DNA of 64,000 nt from Promethearchaeota archaeon (GTDB taxonomy: Archaea > Asgardarchaeota > Lokiarchaeia > Sigyniarchaeales > SOKP01), in the NCBI GenBank assembly GCA_048940645.1, contig JBHLOI010000003.1, positions 32,001-96,000 of the forward strand, read 5' to 3'. A program made the position numbers and the translations under genes. Below are positions 29,660 to 40,295 of this stretch, piece by piece. The notes beneath the pieces were generated by a model. It ran no database searches. It had not been told where the DNA came from and worked only from the letters and a program-made list of their open reading frames with translations. Every line of letters starts with the position of its first letter. Position 1 is the first letter of the stretch.

Positions 29660-30514
29660 TTAAGTAGATAAACTTTGTTCTTTTTTCTTTTTTTCCCAAA
29701 ATCTGCTATAAAAATAAAATGATATAAATCCAATAATTAAAATAGCAACGATAATTAACAAGATAATATTAAAAAGGTTTGCTTGAGCCTGAAACTGAGC
29801 TGGATCAAGTGCATTAAGATCATATGGTGGTCCTGGAATTTCGCCTAAAAAGAAATCTCCAAGCCAAGCATAAAAAAAAGCTCGAGCAATCGACCCTAGA
29901 AAAGTACCTAATGAATATTTTTTTATATCCATATCTACTAATCCAGAAGCGTATGAAACGGGGTCAAAAGGAATAATAGGTATAAAACGAAAAATCAATA
30001 TGGCCCATATTCCATATTTATGAATAAAATCATCCGCCATATTAAGAGCTCTATCACCAACAAATTTTCTGGCCAATGGGCGCCCTCCCTTCCTACTAAG
30101 ATAATAGCATAATAATCCTGCACCTAGTGATCCAATTATTCCCATTATAGCCCCACCGAAAGTTCCATATATTAAACCAGCTGCTATAAGTATAACTTCT
30201 GAAGGAAGAGGTACGATAATTCCTTGTATTGCCATAACTAATATAAATAAAAATATGCCTATAATTTCCAATGAAGCAATGGGATTTACTATCCACTCGA
30301 CAACAAATCTATACAAAATTGTATCGTCTATGAAAATCATGTAAATTAGCAAATAAACAGTTATAGCCATTATTGCTATAAATACAATGATATAAAAGAT
30401 AGTTTTCCGATCAAAATTAGAAAAATCAATGAGATTTTTAAAATATTTTTTTATTTTGGTTGAGAATGTATCTTTTTTATGGTTATTATTATCTTGAATA
30501 TTCATATCTCTCAA
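29660..30514 (-). CDS. TVP38/TMEM64 (DedA/VTT) family membrane protein
   Basis: IVPLPSEVI, FRFIPIIPFDPVSYASG, GTFLG. Confidence 0.9.
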   Translation of the reverse strand: MRDMNIQDNNNHKKDTFSTKIKKYFKNLIDFSNFDRKTIFYIIVFIAIMAITVYLLIYMIFIDDTILYRFVVEWIVNPIASLEIIGIFLFILVMAIQGIIVPLPSEVILIAAGLIYGTFGGAIMGIIGSLGAGLLCYYLSRKGGRPLARKFVGDRALNMADDFIHKYGIWAILIFRFIPIIPFDPVSYASGLVDMDIKKYSLGTFLGSIARAFFYAWLGDFFLGEIPGPPYDLNALDPAQFQAQANLFNIILLIIVAILIIGFISFYFYSRFWEKKKKEQSLST

Positions 30515-30619
30515 AAATGCATGTTAAATCTTGAAGTAATATTAGTAATTTAAATTTCTATAAAAATTATTTTTTTTATTATTTCACATAGAAATAGAAT
30601 TAATTCTTGGAAAGATCAT

Positions 30620-30661
30620 TTTAAAGAATGAATTTATTTATTTAAAGAATGAATTTATTTA
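30620..30661. repeat. Perfect 21-bp tandem duplication in a divergent promoter region
   Basis: tttaaagaatgaatttattta x2. Confidence 0.95.
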
Positions 30662-30722
30662 TAACAATTATTAAATAGATTATTGACTAATAACAAATAA
30701 AAATAAAAATCAATGACTTTAG

Positions 30723-31517
30723 ATGGAATTATCAAAATCTATTAAATTATTAATTATCGTTTTACTTATCTGGATAGTCCTTGCTACTTTATTCGGTTTA
30801 TATGATTTGGAAATCTCTATTTCTTTAGTTAATGAACAATCAAATTGGGGTAATTTTGGAGCGGATTATGGAGAAGTTCCGGGCTATGCTTTAATTGCAA
30901 TAGCACTAGCAACATGGTTAGGAAGTTACATTAAAAATGTTAAAAAGCAGAAAACCTTAATTATTTTAGCTGTTATCACTGGTGTAATTTATCTTATACT
31001 TGGAATTTTTGATTATGATAATACAGATATATCTCTTGGAATTAGTTTAATTATACTGCCTTTAATATATTTAATTACTACATGGAATACAGATTGGAGA
31101 AAATATAGAAAAATTGCGTCAATAATATCTATTTTGGCTATAATTAACCCTTTATTACTGGTACAATTGATAAAATTATTTTGGGGGAGAGTACGATTTA
31201 GAGATCTTGCCATAGATTATATAAACTTCACACCGTGGTTTATTCCACGTGGGATAACGGGTAATTTTAGTTTCCCCAGTGGTCATGCAGCAATGGGGTG
31301 GATGTTTTTACCCCTTCTTATAATTGTTAAAAATAAAGAAATCAAATTTCCATTAAAATTAATATTACTTTTAGGAATAATAGGTTGGGGGATGTTTGTT
31401 GCTTTGTCCAGAGTTATTGTAGGGGCACATTATGCCTCTGATGTCCTATTTTCTTCTGCATTTGCTGCTGTTTTAACAAATTTATTATACAGAAAAATCT
31501 ACTTAAGGAAGATCTAA
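30723..31517 (+). CDS. PAP2 family membrane phosphatase
   Basis: KLFWGRVRF, SFPSGH, SRVIVGAHYASDV. Confidence 0.92.
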   Translation: MELSKSIKLLIIVLLIWIVLATLFGLYDLEISISLVNEQSNWGNFGADYGEVPGYALIAIALATWLGSYIKNVKKQKTLIILAVITGVIYLILGIFDYDNTDISLGISLIILPLIYLITTWNTDWRKYRKIASIISILAIINPLLLVQLIKLFWGRVRFRDLAIDYINFTPWFIPRGITGNFSFPSGHAAMGWMFLPLLIIVKNKEIKFPLKLILLLGIIGWGMFVALSRVIVGAHYASDVLFSSAFAAVLTNLLYRKIYLRKI

Positions 31518-31584
31518 TTGTGATTTTATTTTCTTTTATATTTCTTATTTAAAATGTTATCTAAATCAAAAGTGTTGGAAAAAA

Positions 31585-32247
31585 TTGGAAACCATATTTA
31601 ATAATATATATCATGTTGGCGATTCAGGTTGTTCGGTGTTTATGGTTGATACAAAAAGTGATGATGGTCTTGTATTAATTGACTGCGGAATGAGTTTTCA
31701 AATGATAAAGAGCATTCAAAATTTTAACTTAGACCCAATGGATATAAAACATTGCATTTTAACCCACTTTCATATTGATCATATCGCAGCTTGTTTTGAA
31801 CTCAAAGAGTATAATACTAAAGTGAAATTCTATGCGCATGAATTAGATGCCAACGCAATAGAAGAAAAGGGCCACAATGGAAAAACAGCCGCTTCTTGGT
31901 ATGGAGTCAATTATAAACCAATTCAATTAGAACGGCATTTTCAATCTGACACTGAAATTTTAAGATTTGGGGATATAGAATTCCAATGCATTCATACTCC
32001 CGGTCATACTCCCGGCTCCATCTCTATTTTTATTGAAATTGAAGGCACTAAAGTCTTATTTGGTCAAGACATTCATGGCCCCTTTATGGCGAGTTTTGGT
32101 TCTAATCTAGTTGATTATCAAAAATCAATGCAAAAATTATTAGAATTAAAGGCTGATATTTTATGTGAAGGACATTTTGGTATTATTAAACCAGCTAGTG
32201 AAGTTGAGCGTTATATTAGAAGTTATATGGCTCAAAATCGCCCTTAA
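31585..32247 (+). CDS. MBL-fold hydrolase (glyoxylase II-like)
   Basis: LIDCG, THFHIDH, HTPGHTPGS, FGQDIHG, LCEGH. Confidence 0.9.
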   Translation: METIFNNIYHVGDSGCSVFMVDTKSDDGLVLIDCGMSFQMIKSIQNFNLDPMDIKHCILTHFHIDHIAACFELKEYNTKVKFYAHELDANAIEEKGHNGKTAASWYGVNYKPIQLERHFQSDTEILRFGDIEFQCIHTPGHTPGSISIFIEIEGTKVLFGQDIHGPFMASFGSNLVDYQKSMQKLLELKADILCEGHFGIIKPASEVERYIRSYMAQNRP

Positions 32248-32300
32248 TTTCTAATGAAAATCAATTTTTTTTATAAAAGTTAAATATTAAGAGGAATTAA

Positions 32301-35300
32301 TTATTTAATATTGCTTTTAATGGTTTTTATATTGCTCTTTAATACTTTAACTAATGGTATTTTGGTTAAACGATTTTCAGATAGTATTCGAAGTGCCTCT
32401 TCATGACGGTTTAATGCTTCGGGATAACTCTTTTGATCTAAATATATCAATCCCATCTTATAGTTCGTTTCGGCAATCCCTTCATAATTTTGAAGTTCAT
32501 TAAAAATTGCTAAAGCATCATTACTGCGCTTCCATGCTTTGGTATATTCTCCTTGATTTAGATAAACTAACGTCAAATTGTTTAAATATTTAGCTTTCAT
32601 CTCATTATTGCTTATTTGTTCAGCTATAGTTATAGCATCTTCAAACCTTTTTAATGCCACAGGATAATTTCCTTCGTCTAAATAAATTAAACCAATATGA
32701 TTCAGACTTTTGGCTTTTCTTTCTAGATTATTAAATTTTTCATCTATTTTTAATGCAGCTTCAAAATTTTTCAAAGCCTCAAGGTATTCACCTTGATCTC
32801 GATAAATGAGAGCCGTATTGTATAAATTTTCTGATTTTTCTTTTGAATCTTCTAATACTTTAAAGAATTTTATTGCTCTATCATACCAATTTAAAGCTTC
32901 ATTATAATTCCCTTGATCTTGATATATCAAGCCAATTTTGTTTAAACTAAATGTCTTTCCAATAAGGTTTCCTGTTTCATCAAAAATTTCTAGAGCCAGT
33001 TTAAATCGTTTAAGCGCATCTCTATATATACCCCTTTGATAATAAATCAAGCCAATTTCATTAAGCAAATTAGCTTTTCTGTCATAATCATAGATTTTAT
33101 CAGCTGTTTTAAGTGCTTCTTGATACCATTTAAGAGCCTCTTTAAAGTCTTCTAAATCTTTATAAACTAATCCTATACTATTAAAACAGTCCGTTACACC
33201 CTCAAGATTTTCTATTTCAGAAAAAATTGTATATGATTCTTCAAACCATTTCAAGGCTTCGGAATAATAAGTTTGATCATAATAAATCATTCCAATATTT
33301 CTTAATATTGTAGCTTTTCTAGATAAATTTCCTAATTGTTCTTCGATTTCAAGAGCTTCTCTATATCTTTGCAAAACCTCAGGATAATTTTTTCGAATTA
33401 AATATATATTACCAATATTAGTTAAACGAATTGATTTTCCTTTTAAATTTGCTAATTGTTCGTCGATCTTTAAAGCATCTTCGAACCATTTTTGAGCTTC
33501 AGAAAAAGCCTCTTCATCATAATAAATATCACCAATGCTATTTAAAACATCTGCTTTTATTTCAAGATTTCCGATCTGTTCCGCTACATAAAGCGCATCT
33601 TGAAATCTTCTGATAGCTTCTGGGTAGTGTTTCTGAGTTTGATATATTTTTCCTATAATATTAAGGATTTCAAGTTGTATTTCGAAGTTATTCAATTGTT
33701 CTACAATCAAAAGAGCTTCCTCAAATCTTCTCAAAGATTCTAAGAAATTCCATTGATCTTTATAAATACTTCCAACAAAGATAAGACAATTAGCTTTTTT
33801 CTGTAAATTTCCTATTTGTTCACAAGTTTTAACCGCATCCTCTAAATTTTTTAAAGCACTAATATCATCTCCTTGATAATGATAATTTAATCCAATATTG
33901 TGCAGTGTATCGATTCTACCTTCTAAATTTTTTGCATTATCGTAAATCTCAAGTGCTTTTTCAAATAATTTTGCAGCCCCCGAATAATTTCCTTGATCCT
34001 GATATATGCTCCCAATTTTATTAAGAATTTCAGCTTTTTTCTCTTCTAATCTCAAATCTTCAAATATAATCAAAGCATCTTTATACCTATTTAAAGAATC
34101 GGGAAAATTTGCTTGCTCTTGATAGAAATACCCTAGATTCTTTAATGTATCAGCACTTCCTTCACGGTTATTTAATTCAGTGTAAATATTTAAAGCTTGC
34201 TGAAAGTTTCTTAATGTTTCAGTAAACTTTCTTTGTTCTAAATAAATTAAACCTACTACATTAAGATATTCTGCTTTACTATTTCTATCCTTTAAATCTT
34301 CAAAGATTTTTAATGCTTTGTCGAAAGTATTTAAAGCTTTAGAGAAGTTTCTTTGATCTTTATAGATTAAACCAATATTTTTTAAGACTTTTAATTCTCC
34401 ATTAAGATCGCTCAACTTTTCAAAAATTGCTAATGAATCCTCAAACCATTGTAAAGCATCTGAAAATTTATCTTGATTTTGAAAAATTAGACCAATTTGA
34501 TTTGATAACTCTGCTTTTTTTTCAACTTTTCCATATTCTTCAGCAATCTGAAAAGCATCTTCAAAATTTTCCAAAGCTTTTGAATAATTCCATTGATCTC
34601 TATATATAATCCCAAGGTTTCTAAGAGAATCCATTTTACCTTCAACATATTGCAGTTTATCGAATATATTCAGGGCTTCATTGCACTTTTCTAATCCTAA
34701 TAAGGAGTCATCCTTTAGATGATAGATATAACCTATATTATTAAGTATTTCTGCTTTTTCTTTCAAATCTTCTAACTTATCACTGATTGTGAAAGCTTCT
34801 TCTAAATAGTTCAATGCCTCTTCATAATTTTCCTTTGAATAATAAACATTACCAATGCTTTTTAGATTAATTGCTTTTTCTTTTAAATTAACTAACTTTT
34901 CATTAATTTTAATTGCGGATTCAAAATTCTTTAATGCCTCTGTATAATTACCTTGATTTTGATAAATTAAACCAATATTGTTAAGAATCTCTGATTTAAC
35001 TTGAAAATTTTTAACTTTTTCATTTGCTTTTAAGGCTTGCGTCAAATATTTTAGAGCTTCCTCAGAATTATCTAAATTGTTATAAACCAATCCTAAATTC
35101 TTAAATACGGCAACTTGTTGATCAATATTCTTCATTTTAAATTGTACTTGAAGGGATTTTTTAAGCCATTCTAAAGCTTTATCGTAATTTGTTTGATCTC
35201 GATTTATTATACCCATATTCAATAAAGCAACTGCTTTCCATAAGTCATCCCCAGATTCATCTGCTATGCGATATATTCTTTCTAAACATCTTAATGAATC

Positions 35301-36359
35301 ATTATATCTTTTAGTTTCATAATATATTTTATGTGAGATATAAAGTTTTTTCAATTCATCAGGCTCCTTAATATTGCTTCTAAGCCAGTCCATTAAATCA
35401 ACTGAAAAGTTTTCAGACGTGATAAGATCTTTATTCTCCAAATAACTCTCAATAAGTTTCGCTGTATTTGTATTTAATCGATATACGTTAACTGAATCAT
35501 TGATTTGTTTGATCTCTAATAAATATTGATCAATCTCGTCTACTTCTTTCATATCCTGCATCCTTTTAGGTAGAATTTCATAAAAATTTTCTTTTGATTT
35601 ATCTTCACTGATATGATTTATCCAAATTAAATTCTTTAAATTTCTCATTATTTTAAGAGTTGAAACTATATCTAAATCATTTTTACCAGAATAACCAAAG
35701 ATAATTAAAGAGCGATCATCGGATATGTTTTCAAGAAATTGAGCTTTATACGGTTCTAGTTGAAGTAAATTACTTTTGTTGAAATTGAGGCCTAATAATC
35801 TGATTGTATTAATAAAGGAGTCTTTTGTATCTTCTCCGGTTATTATATTTTTTGGAGAACCATGTATCTTATAAATAGCATATTTTCCACTTTTTAATAG
35901 TTTCTTTGGATCTTTATATTTTTCATAATCCCTCTCAGTAATCACTGGTACGATCTTTTTCTTTTGAATATCTAGTTTTAGTAAAGCATGTTCTACAAGT
36001 GAATCAAAATTGGAAGTCATTAAAAAATGCCCCCTTTTAAGCATTTCTGCTAAAAAGAAATGTATTATATTTGGTTTATCATTTTCTAAATAGAAATTTG
36101 CAAATGAAAGTTTACTATCAAAAGTATCTTGAAATATTTCAATTAAAATTTCAAATCTTAATTCCTCAATTTGAAGGATTTTTTCGATTTCTGATTTCAC
36201 GCATGTATACTTAATTAGAGTTTCCATTACTTTTCGTGCACTAGGCATCGATGAAGGCGATTCAATTGAAGATCCTGCACCCGCAAGGAAAACAAGCTTT
36301 TTATCATCACCTAATAAATCTGAAAAACTCAAATCGGCTAATTTTTGTATTGAACTCAT
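32301..36359 (-). CDS. SIR2-like domain fused to ~25 TPR repeats
   Basis: FLAGAGSS, TSNFD, KIHGS, FGYSGKND; then ~1000 aa of 40-aa-period repeats (LNNIGLIY..QGNY.EAL..FE.AL.I). Confidence 0.9.
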   Translation of the reverse strand: MSSIQKLADLSFSDLLGDDKKLVFLAGAGSSIESPSSMPSARKVMETLIKYTCVKSEIEKILQIEELRFEILIEIFQDTFDSKLSFANFYLENDKPNIIHFFLAEMLKRGHFLMTSNFDSLVEHALLKLDIQKKKIVPVITERDYEKYKDPKKLLKSGKYAIYKIHGSPKNIITGEDTKDSFINTIRLLGLNFNKSNLLQLEPYKAQFLENISDDRSLIIFGYSGKNDLDIVSTLKIMRNLKNLIWINHISEDKSKENFYEILPKRMQDMKEVDEIDQYLLEIKQINDSVNVYRLNTNTAKLIESYLENKDLITSENFSVDLMDWLRSNIKEPDELKKLYISHKIYYETKRYNDSLRCLERIYRIADESGDDLWKAVALLNMGIINRDQTNYDKALEWLKKSLQVQFKMKNIDQQVAVFKNLGLVYNNLDNSEEALKYLTQALKANEKVKNFQVKSEILNNIGLIYQNQGNYTEALKNFESAIKINEKLVNLKEKAINLKSIGNVYYSKENYEEALNYLEEAFTISDKLEDLKEKAEILNNIGYIYHLKDDSLLGLEKCNEALNIFDKLQYVEGKMDSLRNLGIIYRDQWNYSKALENFEDAFQIAEEYGKVEKKAELSNQIGLIFQNQDKFSDALQWFEDSLAIFEKLSDLNGELKVLKNIGLIYKDQRNFSKALNTFDKALKIFEDLKDRNSKAEYLNVVGLIYLEQRKFTETLRNFQQALNIYTELNNREGSADTLKNLGYFYQEQANFPDSLNRYKDALIIFEDLRLEEKKAEILNKIGSIYQDQGNYSGAAKLFEKALEIYDNAKNLEGRIDTLHNIGLNYHYQGDDISALKNLEDAVKTCEQIGNLQKKANCLIFVGSIYKDQWNFLESLRRFEEALLIVEQLNNFEIQLEILNIIGKIYQTQKHYPEAIRRFQDALYVAEQIGNLEIKADVLNSIGDIYYDEEAFSEAQKWFEDALKIDEQLANLKGKSIRLTNIGNIYLIRKNYPEVLQRYREALEIEEQLGNLSRKATILRNIGMIYYDQTYYSEALKWFEESYTIFSEIENLEGVTDCFNSIGLVYKDLEDFKEALKWYQEALKTADKIYDYDRKANLLNEIGLIYYQRGIYRDALKRFKLALEIFDETGNLIGKTFSLNKIGLIYQDQGNYNEALNWYDRAIKFFKVLEDSKEKSENLYNTALIYRDQGEYLEALKNFEAALKIDEKFNNLERKAKSLNHIGLIYLDEGNYPVALKRFEDAITIAEQISNNEMKAKYLNNLTLVYLNQGEYTKAWKRSNDALAIFNELQNYEGIAETNYKMGLIYLDQKSYPEALNRHEEALRILSENRLTKIPLVKVLKSNIKTIKSNIK

Positions 36360-36488
36360 TTTCGCACCCTAAAAAATCGTAATATTCTTATTTAGTTAAG
36401 TAATAGGATTTTTTTCCAATCTTAAATAATTTTGCCTTATTGATTAAATTAGACATAATTTGATAATTCTAATCCCAAAATTTATTTT

Positions 36489-37310
36489 CTAATTGATAAA
36501 GAAAGAAGTAATTTCATTCTTTATCTTTTCAAAATGAGCATCTTCTATACAAACATGATCCATTCCGGAAATCACAACAATATCAATATTTTTATGGTTT
36601 ATTGGTATAATTTGGTTTAATTCATTTAATGGAGTAACTTTATCTAATTCTCCAATTATTAGTTTTATTTTAGTGTATTTAATTTTTTTTATGAAGTTTT
36701 TAACTTGATACTCTTTTCTTTTTAACTCTAATTTAGTTTTCTTTATAAATTCATCAATATCTTCTATACCCCGAATATTTCCTGGGAGGAATCGATTTAT
36801 ATAGTGTAGTGATTTCGGAAAGTTCTCATTATAAACATGTCTTTCTAAATCCAGAATTGGACATAGCAATAATAATTTATTAATAATATTAATTTGGGAA
36901 CATAATATTAATGCAATGTAACTTCCAAAACCGTGTGTAAGAATATTGACATTTTGAATGCTAAAAATTCCATTATCTGACATAATTTGAATAAATTCTA
37001 AAACTTTTAAAGAATCCGATACTTGTGATTCGATTGATATAATTCCTTCACTAGATCTATATCCTCTAAAGTTAAAAACTAGAAAAGCAAAACCAATTTC
37101 TAATAAATATTGATAATTTCTAACATTCTCTATTAATGTGAAAAGTTGAGGAAAATCATGAAAATAAATTATTAAAGGATAAGGTTTTTTAAAATTTTCT
37201 CTTGGAAAATAGAGTATACCCTTAAAAATTTGACCTTCGTTATGAATTTCTATTTCTGAAACTTCATAAGGGCCATCATATTGTTTATCTTTGAATTCCA
37301 AAAAATTCAC
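36489..37310 (-). CDS. Alpha/beta-hydrolase fold protein with degenerate nucleophile motif
   Basis: YFHDFP, FNFRGYRSSEG, THGFGS at the GxSxG position, GELDKV, GMDH. Confidence 0.75.
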   Translation of the reverse strand: MNFLEFKDKQYDGPYEVSEIEIHNEGQIFKGILYFPRENFKKPYPLIIYFHDFPQLFTLIENVRNYQYLLEIGFAFLVFNFRGYRSSEGIISIESQVSDSLKVLEFIQIMSDNGIFSIQNVNILTHGFGSYIALILCSQINIINKLLLLCPILDLERHVYNENFPKSLHYINRFLPGNIRGIEDIDEFIKKTKLELKRKEYQVKNFIKKIKYTKIKLIIGELDKVTPLNELNQIIPINHKNIDIVVISGMDHVCIEDAHFEKIKNEITSFFIN

Positions 37311-37401
37311 ATCTATATATTCTATAATAATAAGGTTTATCTAATTTAATTAATAGTCAAAAATAAAAGAATTATTGTAAAATTTCCTTTTTAATAAAAA
37401 A

Positions 37402-38250
37402 ATGGAACTAGAAGATTGGCATACTCATAACTCTCTTTGTCGTCATGCTACTGGTTCTCTTGAAGATTATGTGGAAAAAGCAATTAAATTTGGTATAGAT
37501 CTTATTGGGTTTAGTGATCATTTTCCTTACGAGTTTTTAAAAGGAATAGAGGGATTACCATATGAAGAATATGCAATGCAGCTTCATCAGATTGGACATT
37601 ATCTCTCAACTGCTGAGAAATTAAAAGAAAAATTTAAAGATAGGATCGAAATTAAAATTGCTTTTGAATTGGATTATATAGAACATCAGGTTACTGCCTA
37701 TAAAAGATATCTCAATAAACATCTTGATAGATTAGATTATATATTAGGATCTGTCCATATCCTTCAAGGAAAAGGGCAGATCTTTGCAATTGATGATAAT
37801 AGATTTTTAAAAAATTATGAATTGTATGAGAGTATAACTGGGATTTATTTAGATTATTATCACACTTTACAAAAAATGATAAAATCCATAGAATTTGATT
37901 TTGATATTATAAGCCATTTTGATTTGCCAAAAAAATTTAATAAAGAACCAGAAAATTCAGAACTGATTGACGAGCAAGTAGTAAAAATATTAGAGCTTGT
38001 AAAAAAAAAGAATTTAACAATTGAGATAAATACTAGTGGTTTGAGAAAACAGATTAAAGAACAATATCCAAGTGTTAAAATTATGAAAGAAATATACGAG
38101 CTAGATATTCCAATCTTACTTGGCTCAGATGCCCATCATCCTAATGAGTTAGGATTTAATTTCAATAATACAATTAAGTTACTAAAAGAAATAGGTTTTG
38201 AACAACTGGCTTATTTTGAAAAGAGAAAAAGATCATTCATTGAACTATAA
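37402..38250 (+). CDS. hisJ: Histidinol-phosphatase, PHP/HisJ family
   Basis: DWHTHN.LC.HA.G, GFSDH, LDYILGSVH, HFDL, EINTSG, GSDAH. Confidence 0.88.
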   Translation: MELEDWHTHNSLCRHATGSLEDYVEKAIKFGIDLIGFSDHFPYEFLKGIEGLPYEEYAMQLHQIGHYLSTAEKLKEKFKDRIEIKIAFELDYIEHQVTAYKRYLNKHLDRLDYILGSVHILQGKGQIFAIDDNRFLKNYELYESITGIYLDYYHTLQKMIKSIEFDFDIISHFDLPKKFNKEPENSELIDEQVVKILELVKKKNLTIEINTSGLRKQIKEQYPSVKIMKEIYELDIPILLGSDAHHPNELGFNFNNTIKLLKEIGFEQLAYFEKRKRSFIEL

Positions 38251-38264
38251 TCAATGTAGTTTAA

Positions 38265-38987
38265 GTGATAAGAATGGAGAAAAAACGAGATAAATGTGAA
38301 ATATGTGGAAAAGATTTAGTTTATGCAACCACCACTAGTGAATATAAGGAATTAAAATGCGAATTTTGTGAGAATGTAATTAATAGTAATACTTATTGCG
38401 AGGATGGTCATTACATATGTGATTCATGTCATATGAAAGGTCCAATTAAAATCATTGAAGAGATCTGTGAAAAAACTAATATTAAAGATCCCTTTAAATT
38501 GGTAGAAAAAATAATGAAGCATCACAAATTCAAGATGTATGGGCCCGAACATCATGTATTAACTCCTGCTGTTATCATAACTGTATTAAGAAATAATAAT
38601 ATCACAAAACCAAATGGAGAACTAATTACTTTATTCGATATTAAAGAAGCAATTAGAAGAGCTTCAAAAATACCTGGTGGATGGTGTGGCTTTTATGGGT
38701 CTTGTGGAGCAGGAATGGGTTCTGGAATAGCCATAAGCATTTTTACTGGAGCAAATCCCAGTAAAAATATACCACGTTCTTTAGCAAATGAGATGACATC
38801 AAGGGCTTTATCAAAAATCGCTGATAATTTAGAGCATTGCTGTAAAAGATCTCTTAAAATATCCATTTACGAAGCCTTAGATTTTATTAAAGAAAAATTT
38901 AATATTAATTTGAATTTTTCTCAACAAAAATGCTCATTTTCTATCCTAAATGAGAAATGCGAAAAATCTTCATGTCCAATGTTTTGA
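38265..38987 (+). CDS. DUF5714-like Cys-rich protein
   Basis: CEICG, CEFC, GHYICDSCH, GPEHH, IPGGWCGFYGSCGA, CCKR. Confidence 0.8.
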   Translation: MIRMEKKRDKCEICGKDLVYATTTSEYKELKCEFCENVINSNTYCEDGHYICDSCHMKGPIKIIEEICEKTNIKDPFKLVEKIMKHHKFKMYGPEHHVLTPAVIITVLRNNNITKPNGELITLFDIKEAIRRASKIPGGWCGFYGSCGAGMGSGIAISIFTGANPSKNIPRSLANEMTSRALSKIADNLEHCCKRSLKISIYEALDFIKEKFNINLNFSQQKCSFSILNEKCEKSSCPMF

Positions 38988-39033
38988 AGAGCATAAGAAA
39001 AAGGAGTTTATCAATATATTCTAAGAGATGTTA

Positions 39034-40020
39034 TCATTCTATTTTCCTTGAACGTAACCAGCCTTCCATTACGAGGGAACGATATAATTTCAAATGTTTA
39101 GGATCTCTTGTATGGATGACTAAATGATTCATAACATTTTTACCAATAACAGCAAACAGTAATTCTTCTCCATCCCGATCTATTACGTATCTATCTTCTC
39201 CTTCATACATTCGAATTGATATATTATCTAGACTTTCAAATTCTTCTAAAAGTTCTGCATCTTCTTCTAATGATGCATCAATATAACATGAGATTTTCAT
39301 ATTCACTGAGGATCTGACTTCATATAAATATAATTCCTGCAAATCTTTGATATTTGGAACAGCAATGGTGACATTATGTAGTGATTTCATTAAAATCTCT
39401 CTCATTTTTTCAAGAATTCTTGATTTTGGAATTTCTATTTCTGTCCAATCAATTATTTTTGCTCCAGAAGCTGCAGCTAACTGACTTCTTAACTTTTCAT
39501 TTTCTTTTTCCAATGCTTCTAAATCTTCATCCGCAGTCATTAATTCATTATTTAGAATCTCTATTTTCTTTTCTAAATCGTCAACGAGTTTTTCCTTTTC
39601 AACTAGAGCATCTTTATTAACAGTAGTATCAATTAAAGTCTTAATTCGTTTTTCTCTCAATTCGATAGATTTTTCTAATGCCTCGATTTTTTCATCTTTT
39701 ATTTTGACTGAACTATCTAATGTATTAACTTGTTCAGATTTTAATTTTAAAGAATCTTTAAGTGTTTGAATTTGATCTTCTTTAAGTCTCATGGACTTTT
39801 GTAAATTATCTATCATTTCATCCTTAGTTTTAATTACTTGATCGATAGCTTTTATTTTTGTATTCAATTCTTCTACTTTCCCAAATTCCTTAATTTTTAA
39901 TTCTAGTTCTTTGTTTAAATTACTGATTTGTTTATCTTTGAGCTTAATTTCTTCAAGTAGTGTGCTGATACGATCGCCTTTTGTCTTTGTTTGACTTTTT
40001 AACTTTTCCATGTTTTCCAT
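39034..40020 (-). CDS. Coiled-coil protein with C-terminal PLD/TrmB-like alpha/beta domain
   Basis: ~190 aa of heptads including 14-aa repeats; C-terminal globular domain (NVTIAVP, IDRDGEELL). Confidence 0.65.
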   Translation of the reverse strand: MENMEKLKSQTKTKGDRISTLLEEIKLKDKQISNLNKELELKIKEFGKVEELNTKIKAIDQVIKTKDEMIDNLQKSMRLKEDQIQTLKDSLKLKSEQVNTLDSSVKIKDEKIEALEKSIELREKRIKTLIDTTVNKDALVEKEKLVDDLEKKIEILNNELMTADEDLEALEKENEKLRSQLAAASGAKIIDWTEIEIPKSRILEKMREILMKSLHNVTIAVPNIKDLQELYLYEVRSSVNMKISCYIDASLEEDAELLEEFESLDNISIRMYEGEDRYVIDRDGEELLFAVIGKNVMNHLVIHTRDPKHLKLYRSLVMEGWLRSRKIE

Positions 40021-40295
40021 GGTTTCCTATCTCATTTTTTTTCTGATTTATAAATAAATAAGAAAAATTTCCTTTTTATTTCTTAGCTAAATATAGAATT
40101 TATTCTTAATAAAAATTATAGAATCAACATGGTTAATCTAAGTGAAAAGAAAGAAATAATATGTTTCTATCCACTATTTTATGAAGCTGATTGAATAGCA
40201 AAATGTTCCTCTTAATGACAATATCCAATTTTATTCTCTGCTATATATAGAGGATTAAGAATAGTTTTATATGTAATTACTCCTATTATAAATTC

